Source of the DNA: Eubacteriales bacterium
GTDB lineage: Bacteria > Bacillota > Clostridia > Oscillospirales > CAG-272
Direction: 5' to 3'
Assembly: GCA_045653805.1 (NCBI GenBank)
Contig: JAZOMF010000094.1
Location: forward strand, 7,438 to 71,437
Length of the DNA: 64,000 nucleotides
Part shown: in pieces, positions 26,853-36,019 of the stretch
Layout of the letters: each line of letters opens with the position of its first letter
Numbering within the stretch: the stretch's first letter is position 1
Translations under genes and position numbers: made by a program
Notes under the pieces: generated by a model
The model's database searches: none
What the model was told of the DNA's origin: nothing
The model's input: only the letters and a program-made list of their open reading frames with translations

Positions 26853-28331
26853 ATGGAAAATTACATAGTGCCTATATTATTACAGGTTGTTCTTATTGCG
26901 TTAAACGCTATATTTGCAAGCGCCGAAGCGGCATTTTTGTCAATTAATTCGGCAAGAATTGAAAAAATTATTGAAGAAGGCGACAGAAAGACCAAAAAGA
27001 GTGCGAGAAGACTTCAGAAGCTTACGAAGGATTCCTCCAAATTCTTGTCTACTATTCAGGTTGCCATCACATTGGCAGGATTTTTGGGTTCTGCATTTGC
27101 GGCTGAAAGCTTCGCAACTCCCTTGACAGAGTGGTTTAATAGCTTACCCTTTATGGCAAACAGCGGTTACGAGGTTGTTGAGGGTGTATTTGTTGTTATT
27201 ATTACGGTTGCGCTCTCCTTCTTTAGCATTGTCTTTGGCGAGCTTGTTCCCAAGAAGATCGCTATGAAGAACGCTGAAAAGCTTTCGCTCGGTATTTCCG
27301 GCTTTATCAGATTTATGTCGGTTATCTTTGCTCCTGTGGTTTGGATTCTTACTATAACCACTAACGCTATTCTTCGTATGTTTGGCATCAACCCCAACGA
27401 GGAAGAGGAGGCAGCAAGCGAGGAAGAGATCCGTATCATGCTGGATACCTCCAGCGAGGCGGGTGCTATCGACAGTATGGAAAACGAGATGATACAGAAT
27501 ATCTTCGAGTTCGACGACATTCTCATTTCTGAAGTATGTACTCACCGCCGCGACGTGGATATGCTCTACCGTGAGGATACTCTCGACGAGTGGAGAGAGA
27601 AGATCGTTACCTCAAGACACGGACTTTACCCCATCTGCGGAGAGGGTCCCGACGATATCGTTGGCGTGCTGAATATTAGGAAGTTCTTCAGATCCGATTG
27701 CAAGACCGTTGAGGATGCAATCGCCAAGGCAAGCGAAAAGCCCTACTTCGTGCCAGAAAACATGAAGGCGGACGTTCTCTTTACCAACATGAAGGAAACG
27801 AGAAACTATTTCGCTATCGTTGTAGACGAGTACGGCGGAACAAGTGGTGTTATCACCATTCACGATCTGCTTGAATTGCTGGTTGGCGATATGGGAGATA
27901 AGGAGGACGTTGTGGTTGAGGAGATCGTATGCCTCAGCGAGGAGGATTCTCAGTGGAAGATCCTCGGCTCTGCATCTCTTGAAAAGGTTGCAGAAGCACT
28001 TGACGTTACCTTTGAGACCGAGGATTGCGACACCTTTGGCGGATATATTCTCGGACTTCTCGGTGAGATCCCCGATGATGGAGCTACACTTGATCTTGAG
28101 ACCAATGACCTTACCATTAAGGTTGAGTCGGTTTCCGAGCACCGCATAGAATCTACTCTTGTAACCGTTAAGCCCAGACCCGCAGACGAGGATGACGAGG
28201 ACTACGATGAAGATGAGGACGAAGACGGCGAAAAGAAGAAGAAACGCAAGTCCAAGGATAATGATGAGGATGAAACCAAGTCTGAATCCGAGGAAAAAAC
28301 AAATTCTGCTGAGTCTGTTGCAGAAGAATAA
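26853..28331 (+). CDS. HlyC/CorC (CNNM-like) family protein: DUF21 TM domain, CBS pair, CorC domain, charged tail
   Basis: FASAEAAFLS, STIQVAITL, FGELVPKKIA, VVDEYGGTSGVITIHDLLE, TFGGYI. Confidence 0.93.
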   Translation: MENYIVPILLQVVLIALNAIFASAEAAFLSINSARIEKIIEEGDRKTKKSARRLQKLTKDSSKFLSTIQVAITLAGFLGSAFAAESFATPLTEWFNSLPFMANSGYEVVEGVFVVIITVALSFFSIVFGELVPKKIAMKNAEKLSLGISGFIRFMSVIFAPVVWILTITTNAILRMFGINPNEEEEAASEEEIRIMLDTSSEAGAIDSMENEMIQNIFEFDDILISEVCTHRRDVDMLYREDTLDEWREKIVTSRHGLYPICGEGPDDIVGVLNIRKFFRSDCKTVEDAIAKASEKPYFVPENMKADVLFTNMKETRNYFAIVVDEYGGTSGVITIHDLLELLVGDMGDKEDVVVEEIVCLSEEDSQWKILGSASLEKVAEALDVTFETEDCDTFGGYILGLLGEIPDDGATLDLETNDLTIKVESVSEHRIESTLVTVKPRPADEDDEDYDEDEDEDGEKKKKRKSKDNDEDETKSESEEKTNSAESVAEE

Positions 28332-28348
28332 TAAAAAACTTAGAAAAA

Positions 28349-28382
28349 ACGGCGGTGCAGATTGCATCGCCGTAAATTTTTT
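28349..28382 (+). terminator. Terminator after the CorC-type gene
   Basis: ACGGCGGTGCA / TGCATCGCCGT stem then AAATTTTTT. Confidence 0.7.
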
Positions 28383-28388
28383 GCCCAA

Positions 28389-28471
28389 TTTTGAAAGTTT
28401 TTTGAAAGGTGGGGAGGGTGCAGGGAGGGGCGGAAAACAATTTTTCAAAAATGTTTTCCGCCCCTCCCTGC
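28389..28471 (+). repeat. Dispersed hairpin element, copy A
   Basis: TTTTGAAAGTTTTTTG box plus 20-bp perfect stem around CAATTTTTCAAAAATG; homologous to 40812-40887 (minus). Confidence 0.8.
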
Positions 28472-28483
28472 GTTTATCCAATA

Positions 28484-29557
28484 TTAATCAAAATATCCAA
28501 GTCTGTAAAGAAGCTCTGCGATAAGGACTGCGCCGCCTGCCGCGCCGCGGAGAGTGTTGTGGGAAAGACCTACGAACTTGTAGTCGTAGATCGTGTCCTC
28601 ACGAAGACGACCTGCGGTTACGCCCATGCCGCCGTAGATATCACGGTCGAGCTTTGCCTGAGGACGGTTGTCTTCCTCAAAGTAGGTAATGAACTGCTCG
28701 GGAGCGTGGGGAAGTCCGAGCTCCTGGGGAAGTCCCTTGAAGTTCTTCCAGTCCTCAAGGATCTGCTCCTTAGTGGGCTTGTTCTCAAACTTTACGAATA
28801 CAGCCGCGGTGTGACCGTCGGTAACGGGTACGCGGATGCACTGGGTGGTGATAACGGTATCATTCGCCTTAACGATCTCGCCGCCCTCAACCTTGCCCCA
28901 CACGCGAAGGGGCTCCTGCTCGCTCTTTTCTTCCTCGCCGCCGATGTAGGGGATGATGTTGTCGATCATCTCGGGCCACTCGTTGAAGGTCTTGCCTGCA
29001 CCGGAGATAGCCTGGTATGTAGTAGCAACAACCTCCTTGATTCCGTACTTGCGGAGGGGGGTCAGCTCGGGAACGTATGCCTGAATAGAGCAGTTGGGCT
29101 TAACTGCGATAAATCCGCGCTTGGTGCCGAGTCTTGCTCTCTGAGATGCGATAACCTCAAGGTGCTCGGGGTTGATCTCCGGAATTACCATGGGAACGTC
29201 GGGAGTCCAGCGGTGGGCGGAGTTGTTGGATACAACGGGGATCTCAGCCTTGGCGTAAGCATACTCGAGAGCCTTGATATCGTCCTTCTTCATGTTAACT
29301 GCGCAGAAAACGAACTGGCATTCCTTCATTTCGTCGATGTTTTCAGCATCAACTACTACCATATCCGCATACTTTTCGGGCATGGGAGTCTGAAGCTTCC
29401 AACGTCCGCCAAGTGCCTCAGAATATTTCTTGCCTGCGCTGTTCTTGGAAGCAGCAAGCTTTACAACCTCAAAATAGGGGTGGTTTTCAAGCAGAGAAAG
29501 GAATCTCTGACCTACCATGCCTGTGGCGCCAACGACGCCGACCTTCATCTTTTCCAT
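28484..29557 (-). CDS. asd: Aspartate-semialdehyde dehydrogenase
   Basis: VGVVGATGMVGQ, KPNCSIQ, YQAISGAG, QCIRVPV, SHNTLRGAAG. Confidence 0.97.
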   Translation of the reverse strand: MEKMKVGVVGATGMVGQRFLSLLENHPYFEVVKLAASKNSAGKKYSEALGGRWKLQTPMPEKYADMVVVDAENIDEMKECQFVFCAVNMKKDDIKALEYAYAKAEIPVVSNNSAHRWTPDVPMVIPEINPEHLEVIASQRARLGTKRGFIAVKPNCSIQAYVPELTPLRKYGIKEVVATTYQAISGAGKTFNEWPEMIDNIIPYIGGEEEKSEQEPLRVWGKVEGGEIVKANDTVITTQCIRVPVTDGHTAAVFVKFENKPTKEQILEDWKNFKGLPQELGLPHAPEQFITYFEEDNRPQAKLDRDIYGGMGVTAGRLREDTIYDYKFVGLSHNTLRGAAGGAVLIAELLYRLGYFD

Positions 29558-29811
29558 AATAAATACCTCTCATAAAAGTTTGCAAAACCGCTTCGGCGAT
29601 TTAGTGAACTAAAATATTAGAATAATTATATCACACTTTTTTGTTCATTTCAAGTGATTTTAAGTTGTTATTTCGACAGTTTGAAAAAACAAACTCAATA
29701 TATAATTGTATATTTTATATAAATATGCTATAATTAATAAAAACGTGACACAAATCACATTAAAATGCATCTTATAGTATAAGCGACAATAAAATTCAAC
29801 GGAGAAGAAAA

Positions 29812-30411
29812 ATGAGCGAAAAAAACAAAAATAATACTAAGGCTCTTCTGACAGATGAAGAGATCATTGCTCTTTACTGGGAAAGAAACGAGCAAGCCAT
29901 AAAGGAGACCGATATAAAGTACGGAAGATATTTGTATACGATCTCATATAATATTTTGCGCGATGATATGGATAGCGAGGAGTGCCTCAACGATACATAT
30001 CTTGGTACGTGGAATTCTATCCCGCCGAAAAGACCTAATGCTTTTCAGGTGTTTTTGTCAAAGATCACGAGAAATTTCGCGCTGCAGAAATTCAGAATGC
30101 AGAATGCGGCCAAGCGTATTCCGTCGGAGCTTGTGATGTCTTTGAATGAGCTTGACGAGTGTATTGGCGATGGTAACACTGTGGAAGAGGAATATATGAT
30201 AAGGACGATTGGCATCGTGTTGAATAAGTTCCTGCGCAAGCTTTCAAACAGAGATTCTTTTATTTTCGTTTGTCGCTATTATTACTCGGATTCGGTTGCA
30301 AGCATTGCCAAAATGCTTGGCACAAGTGATAACACTATATATCGAAGACTTAAGGATATGCGAAGCAATCTGAAAACTGCGCTTGAAAAGGAAGGGTGCT
30401 ATTATGAGTAA
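29812..30411 (+). CDS. ECF-family RNA polymerase sigma factor
   Basis: DEEIIALYWERNEQAI, DSEECLNDTYLGTW, FLSKITRN, region 4 RYYYSDSVASIA. Confidence 0.92.
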   Translation: MSEKNKNNTKALLTDEEIIALYWERNEQAIKETDIKYGRYLYTISYNILRDDMDSEECLNDTYLGTWNSIPPKRPNAFQVFLSKITRNFALQKFRMQNAAKRIPSELVMSLNELDECIGDGNTVEEEYMIRTIGIVLNKFLRKLSNRDSFIFVCRYYYSDSVASIAKMLGTSDNTIYRRLKDMRSNLKTALEKEGCYYE

Positions 30412-32110
30412 AAGGGATGACTTTAAGATAGATATTATGTCGAGCATAGATGACGACATAATCGAAAAACATACCAAAAAGAGATTTATGCTGATGAATG
30501 GCAAGAACTCGGGCGGTGGCAAAAAAACTCTCGTTGCGATCATAGCGTTTGCGGCTTGCTTTGCTCTGTTTGCATCGGTGCTGGTAATGCTGTTGCCAAT
30601 AATTCCCTCGGGTCAGATTCCCGTGTATCAAGGAATGACGGTGTCGAATGAGGCTCCTGCTGTAACGGTTCAAACGTATCACCCCCCGATTTCCGTGCTC
30701 TCTATGACCTCAAAAAAACCTCCCGAACCGGACAAACCGGGCAAACCTACTCCGCCTTCGCCCGATAATATTCCCGTTGTTGAGGGTAGCGACCGTGCGC
30801 TTTACTACGCAAGGTCGATGGAGGACATATATATAACCGTCCACATAACAAACCCCGATCAGTTTGAGATACTTTCATTTACGCTTAATGGAGTAAAATA
30901 TCAGTCCTATATGTTTGAGCCCGGCTCGGATTCCGAGACCCTGATCCTCAAGGTCAACGTAGGTGATGCCGAGGACTTTGCCGAATATACTATCGACGCT
31001 ATAAAATACGTCGACGGTACCGAGATAAAGGACGTTATTATGAACGGTGAGAAAACGGTCAAGGTGGCGATCTATCCCGAGGAACAGCCGACCGCGGAGA
31101 TCAGCGACATTGTTTGCAATCCCTTTGACGCGTCGCTTACCGTAAATGTTACTGACCCGCTTTCGCTTATTAAGGATAGTGAGGGTTCCGTTAGCGCTCT
31201 GTTATACGATGGCGAGGAAATAATAAGAAAGCAATCGCTGAGCGTAGGAGAGGCAACGCATCTTGTGTATGACGATCTTGATATGGGAAAGAGCTACGTT
31301 TTGCGGATCGTGGCGTATTACGATGCGATCGACGGCGAAGGATTTTCTGCTCATATTCTTCAAGAGATCACCGTTGAAACGAAGAAATTCGTGGATATTG
31401 TCAACGTTCGTTGGTCGTATGGTGACCTGTTATTTGAGGTTGCTGTTTTGGACGAATACGGAGTAAGTGTGGAAAAAACAGAGCTTATTTTGGACGGCGG
31501 TATAGTTATATCTGTTGGTGATGGTCTGATTCACGAGCTTAGGGGTCTGAACTGCGGAGTTGAGAAGATCATTGTTTCATATTCCTACGACGCGGAAGGC
31601 GATAGAGTGGATGCGGTTTTTGAAACGGAGCAAGCAATAGAGTTTGATAATTCTACTGGCCGTATTCTCGACAGAGTTCTGTCAAACGGCGAGGTGAAAA
31701 AGGAGCATTATGGGGGCAGTGTTCAAATTTGGAATGAAACCACAGGGAATTACGAGTATCATTACGGCGTAGACTATGCTCCCCTTGACGATGACGACAG
31801 GGTGTATGCCGCTGCCGCAGGCATAGTTACAGATGTTTACGAGGATGAAAAATACGGAACGACTGTCGTTGTTGCTCTCTTTTACAGTTCGTATTATCAG
31901 TCGATCTACTATCAGTGCCTTTCTGAGGTCACGGTAGAGAAGGGCGACGTCGTATTTAGCGGTGACGCTATTGCCAAAGTTGGCATAAGCGCACAAATGG
32001 AATGGAAGGATGGCCCCCACGTCCACGTCGCCATGAAAGTAACGAATGAGGATTTCTATTTGGATCCCGAGGATTTTATGTATCCCGAGGGTTATAAGCG
32101 ATATAAATAA
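30404..32110 (+). CDS. Single-pass membrane protein (anti-sigma-like N-terminus) with extracellular domains and a C-terminal M23 peptidase
   Basis: Overlaps the sigma gene; TM at about aa 42-65; HYGVD and PHVH zinc motifs, VYAAAAGIV. Confidence 0.8.
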   Translation: MSKRDDFKIDIMSSIDDDIIEKHTKKRFMLMNGKNSGGGKKTLVAIIAFAACFALFASVLVMLLPIIPSGQIPVYQGMTVSNEAPAVTVQTYHPPISVLSMTSKKPPEPDKPGKPTPPSPDNIPVVEGSDRALYYARSMEDIYITVHITNPDQFEILSFTLNGVKYQSYMFEPGSDSETLILKVNVGDAEDFAEYTIDAIKYVDGTEIKDVIMNGEKTVKVAIYPEEQPTAEISDIVCNPFDASLTVNVTDPLSLIKDSEGSVSALLYDGEEIIRKQSLSVGEATHLVYDDLDMGKSYVLRIVAYYDAIDGEGFSAHILQEITVETKKFVDIVNVRWSYGDLLFEVAVLDEYGVSVEKTELILDGGIVISVGDGLIHELRGLNCGVEKIIVSYSYDAEGDRVDAVFETEQAIEFDNSTGRILDRVLSNGEVKKEHYGGSVQIWNETTGNYEYHYGVDYAPLDDDDRVYAAAAGIVTDVYEDEKYGTTVVVALFYSSYYQSIYYQCLSEVTVEKGDVVFSGDAIAKVGISAQMEWKDGPHVHVAMKVTNEDFYLDPEDFMYPEGYKRYK

Positions 32111-32328
32111 TTGTCTGTCCGAAATGGGAGAGCTTCTTGAAGCCTCTCACTAAATAAAAAGGCGTCTCGCACTTTGATTGCGCGGCGCTTTTTTGCGGTC
32201 GATTTGATTAAGCACTCGCAGATTTGTTTTCAGTTCTAAAAACGGAAAATAAAAGTTATTAGACCTCGGCAATTGTCGCAATAAACAGGCAAAAATACCA
32301 AAAACGGAAAAATATTTCCAAAAACCTA

Positions 32329-32357
32329 TTGACAAATCGTATTTTGAGGTGTATAAT
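32329..32357 (+). promoter_or_regulatory. Consensus sigma-A promoter of recA
   Basis: TTGACA, 17 bp, TATAAT. Confidence 0.85.
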
Positions 32358-32424
32358 AAGTCTGTAAATGCCAAAAACGGTATAATTGATGATTTTTTAG
32401 ATTTTATTTTAGGAGGAGTCAGAC

Positions 32425-33537
32425 ATGGCAGCAACTAAAAAAGCGGCACCCAAGGTGACTGAGATACAGGATAAGGAAGATAAGAAAAGAGCATTAAATA
32501 CAGCTATGGCGCAGATCGAGCGCGAGTTTGGCGCAGGCGCTATAATGAAGCTTGGCGAAAACACTCATATGGAGGTTCAGGCGGTATCCACAGGCTCGCT
32601 TTCTCTTGACTTGGCACTTGGTATCGGTGGCGTTCCGAGAGGTCGTATTATTGAGATCTTTGGTCCTGAGTCCTCGGGTAAGACTACCGTTGCACTTCAT
32701 ATAATTGCAGAGGTTCAGAAGGCAGGCGGTGAGGCTGCGTTTATCGACGCGGAGCATGCACTTGATCCCGTTTACGCAAAGGCGGTTGGCGTTGATATTG
32801 CTAATTTGCTTGTTTCCCAGCCCGATTGCGGTGAGGATGCACTTTCTATTACCGAGTCCCTTGTTCGCTCCGGCGCTATCGACGTAGTTGTTGTGGACTC
32901 TGTTGCGGCTCTCGTTCCCAAGACCGAGATCGACGGCGATATGGGTCAGTCCAGCGTGGGTGTTCAGGCTCGTCTTATGTCCCAGGCTATGAGAAAGCTG
33001 GCGGCTGTTATTTCCAAGAGTAACTGTATAGTAATTTTTATCAACCAGCTTCGTGAGAAGGTTGGTGTTATTTACGGTAACCCCGAAACCACTACCGGTG
33101 GTCGTGCGCTTAAGTTCTACGCGTCGGTTAGAATCGACAGCAGAAAGACCGAGCAGCTCAAAAAAGGAACCGATATTTTCGGTAATAGAGTTAAGTGTAA
33201 GATAGTTAAGAATAAGGTTGCTCCTCCTTTCCGTGTTGCAGAGTTTGATATTTTGTATGGTAAGGGAATTTCTCGTATGGGCGAGATCCTTGACTTCGCT
33301 ATTATGATGGATATTATCAAGAAGAGTGGTTCTTGGTTCTCCTATGATGGCAATCGTTTGGCACAGGGTAAGGACAATGTTAAGAGACTTCTTGAGGACA
33401 ATCCCGAGTTTGCCGCAGAGATCGAGGCAAAGGTAAGAGAGCTGAGCATGGGCGGCTCTATCCTCAACGAGGAGGATTTTGAGCTTGAGGATGACGATGA
33501 CGATTTCGACATCCGTACCGTAGAGAGCGATGAGTAA
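32425..33537 (+). CDS. recA: Recombinase RecA
   Basis: [50 protein letters not shown]. Confidence 0.99.
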   Translation: MAATKKAAPKVTEIQDKEDKKRALNTAMAQIEREFGAGAIMKLGENTHMEVQAVSTGSLSLDLALGIGGVPRGRIIEIFGPESSGKTTVALHIIAEVQKAGGEAAFIDAEHALDPVYAKAVGVDIANLLVSQPDCGEDALSITESLVRSGAIDVVVVDSVAALVPKTEIDGDMGQSSVGVQARLMSQAMRKLAAVISKSNCIVIFINQLREKVGVIYGNPETTTGGRALKFYASVRIDSRKTEQLKKGTDIFGNRVKCKIVKNKVAPPFRVAEFDILYGKGISRMGEILDFAIMMDIIKKSGSWFSYDGNRLAQGKDNVKRLLEDNPEFAAEIEAKVRELSMGGSILNEEDFELEDDDDDFDIRTVESDE

Positions 33538-34255
33538 TAAGGTCGGCTTTGGCAGAGACATAAACGAGTTTTTGCGCGAAATTGGGCAGGATATGCCGTG
33601 TGACAGGGAAGAAAACACCCTCGTCACATTTCGCTCAAGAATTACATCAATATCTCCATCAGGAAGCGAAAAGGTGACCGTTAGGGTGACGGTAGCAAAC
33701 CCTTCGGGAAATGAAAAGGTTGAATTTTCTATTATGAAGGTACATTCGGAGCGACTTGAGCTTTCGATTGGCGAAATAGACGAGGAGATGCTCCCCGAGC
33801 TTGAATATTACGCCGAGGTAGCGCGCGCGTATAGCTCGGCTTGCTCCTCCTTCGCTTTTTCACCGTCGCCCTTGAAGGCGCTTTTGAAAAAGCTCGTGCA
33901 AAAAGGTTTTGAACGCGACGTAGCAACCGACGCGATCGAGGTTTTGGATAATAGCGGTGCTATCAACGAGCATGAGATGGCTACTCGCAGAGCGCAACTG
34001 CTCAGCGAAAAGCCTTGGGGCAGAAGCAGGATTTTGATGAAACTCCGTGAGGATGGCTTTGATGATGGTGCTATCTTTTGTGCTATGAGTGCGCTGGATG
34101 AGGTGGATTTTGCCTCAAATTGCGCCGAACTTATCCGCAAAAGGTTTGGAACAATTCCCAAAGAGCGTCAAGAGCTGGACAAAATGTATGCGTCATTATC
34201 TCGGATGGGATTTTCCTCGTCGGATATAAGGGCGGCTATGTCCCTTATGAAATAA
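33530..34255 (+). CDS. recX: Regulatory protein RecX
   Basis: Overlaps the recA stop; three-helix repeat pattern, [17 protein letters not shown]. Confidence 0.8.
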   Translation: MSNKVGFGRDINEFLREIGQDMPCDREENTLVTFRSRITSISPSGSEKVTVRVTVANPSGNEKVEFSIMKVHSERLELSIGEIDEEMLPELEYYAEVARAYSSACSSFAFSPSPLKALLKKLVQKGFERDVATDAIEVLDNSGAINEHEMATRRAQLLSEKPWGRSRILMKLREDGFDDGAIFCAMSALDEVDFASNCAELIRKRFGTIPKERQELDKMYASLSRMGFSSSDIRAAMSLMK

Positions 34256-34261
34256 TAATTG

Positions 34262-34297
34262 ATAAAAGGTCTATCTCGTGTGAGGTAGACCTTTTAT
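34262..34297 (+). terminator. Terminator after recX
   Basis: ATAAAAGGTCTATCTC / GAGGTAGACCTTTTAT. Confidence 0.8.
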
Positions 34298-34461
34298 GGT
34301 GTATAGGGGGGAACATTTAATTACATGCCGCATTTATTGTCGATATTTCGATTAATTTAAAAAATAACACACTAACTTTAATAATACGTTAATATATTGA
34401 TGCTAAAATTGGTTATCATTATTTGAAATTTTATTTACCGTTAAACGGTTTGGGAGTAAAA

Positions 34462-35484
34462 ATGGAATTCGTTAGAAAGCTACCTCTTCCCATTGAAATC
34501 AGAGAAAAGCACCCTTTGAGCACTGAGTGGACGGCAAAGAAAAAGGAATTTGACGCATCTGTTGCACAGGTGTTTGATGGCAGCTCGGATAAGAAGCTAC
34601 TCATCATCGGTCCTTGTTCTTCCGACAACGAGGATTCGGTTATGGATTACGTAACCCGCCTTGCCAAGGTCAGTGAAAAGGTTTCGGATAAAATAATTAT
34701 AATCCCCAGAGTTTATACCAACAAGCCAAGAACTACCGGCGACGGGTACAAGGGCATGCTCCACCAGCCCGCCCGGGGGAAGAGCTGGGGTATGTTGGCG
34801 GGTATCGTTGCAATTGGTCAGCTTCATAAGAGAGTTATTGAGGAGACCGGAATGTTCACCGCAGACGAGATGCTTTATCCCGAAAACTACCAGTACCTTT
34901 ATGATCTGCTCTCCTACGTTGCAGTTGGAGCAAGATCGGTAGAGAATCAGCAGCATCGCTTGGTTGCCAGTGGAATTGACGTCCCTGTTGGCATGAAGAA
35001 TCCTACCGGTGGAGATATTTCTATAATGATGAACTCTATAACCGCGGCTCAGCATGCTCACACCTTTCTCTTTAGGGGTTGGGAAGTAAAGTCCACTGGT
35101 AACCCCTTGTCTCACGCTATTCTTCGCGGATACGTCAACAAGCACGGCGAGTCTCTGCCTAACTATCACTACGAGGATATCGAGCATCTTTGCCGAGAAT
35201 ATGCAAAGAGAGACCTGCAGAATCCCGCACTAATAGTAGACTGTAACCATGCAAACTCCGGCAAGAAATATAAGGAGCAGGTGAGAATTGCAAAGGAGGT
35301 GCTTCACTCCTGTAATTTTAATTCAGATATTTCTAATCTCTTCAAGGGATTTATGATCGAGAGCTACATCGAAGAAGGATGCCAGAAGATCGGAGAGGGT
35401 GTTTACGGAAAGTCTATAACCGACCCCTGCCTTGGCTGGGAGGATACCGAGCGATTTATCTACTATATGGCAGAAAAGCTTTAA
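34462..35484 (+). CDS. 3-deoxy-7-phosphoheptulonate (DAHP) synthase, class I-alpha
   Basis: IIGPCS, KPRTTGDGYKG, VGARS, VGMKNPT, HAILRG, DCNHANS, KSITDPCLGW. Confidence 0.95.
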   Translation: MEFVRKLPLPIEIREKHPLSTEWTAKKKEFDASVAQVFDGSSDKKLLIIGPCSSDNEDSVMDYVTRLAKVSEKVSDKIIIIPRVYTNKPRTTGDGYKGMLHQPARGKSWGMLAGIVAIGQLHKRVIEETGMFTADEMLYPENYQYLYDLLSYVAVGARSVENQQHRLVASGIDVPVGMKNPTGGDISIMMNSITAAQHAHTFLFRGWEVKSTGNPLSHAILRGYVNKHGESLPNYHYEDIEHLCREYAKRDLQNPALIVDCNHANSGKKYKEQVRIAKEVLHSCNFNSDISNLFKGFMIESYIEEGCQKIGEGVYGKSITDPCLGWEDTERFIYYMAEKL

Positions 35485-35534
35485 TTTTATATAAAAACAC
35501 GCCGACGAGTCCGTCGGCGTGTTTTTATATAAAA
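35485..35534. terminator. Bidirectional terminator, 23-bp perfect inverted repeat
   Basis: TTTTATATAAAAACACGCCGACG / CGTCGGCGTGTTTTTATATAAAA. Confidence 0.85.
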
Positions 35535-35567
35535 ATCTGCGATTCCGAAGAGCCGCAGATTTAACTA

Positions 35568-35804
35568 TTATTCTTCAAATTCAATGCGAACCTCTTCAAC
35601 GTTTGCGAGGGTATCAAAACCGTCGTCGTAATCGTGGTTAGGCTTTTTAATTTTGGAATCTCTTATTTTTTTAATGATAACTACTGCCGCAATAATAGCA
35701 GCTTCGACCACTGCTACGGTAACCGCGGTAATAGCAATAACCTTGCCGTAGTTGGGTTTTTCGCGAATGATGATCGGCTCAACGTCTTTAATGAAATCAG
35801 ACAT
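35568..35804 (-). CDS. Small single-TM hypothetical protein
   Basis: 78 aa, SD AAGGAGG, one hydrophobic helix, acidic C-terminus. Confidence 0.7.
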   Translation of the reverse strand: MSDFIKDVEPIIIREKPNYGKVIAITAVTVAVVEAAIIAAVVIIKKIRDSKIKKPNHDYDDGFDTLANVEEVRIEFEE

Positions 35805-36019
35805 AGTATTTCCTCCTTATATGTATATGCGAAGTTTTTATCTAAATATATTATAGCATTGGTTTTTTTGTCTGTCAAGATTGTTTTTTGTATGACGGTG
35901 GGGTAATTTGCAATTTTTAGGTTTTGGAAGAAAATTTATGAATTTTTTATAAAATCTATTTTCAAAATCGCAAAAATCTGCTATACTATTAGATAGTATA
36001 TTTAGGGAGGGGGATTAGT

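Noticed and set aside
29558-29811. Lysine riboswitch upstream of asd
   Set aside because: The promoter lies close to the start codon and no lysine aptamer blocks are visible.
34298-34461. T-box or aromatic leader peptide upstream of the DAHP synthase gene
   Set aside because: Short AT-rich region with no T-box consensus and no Phe/Tyr/Trp-rich uORF.
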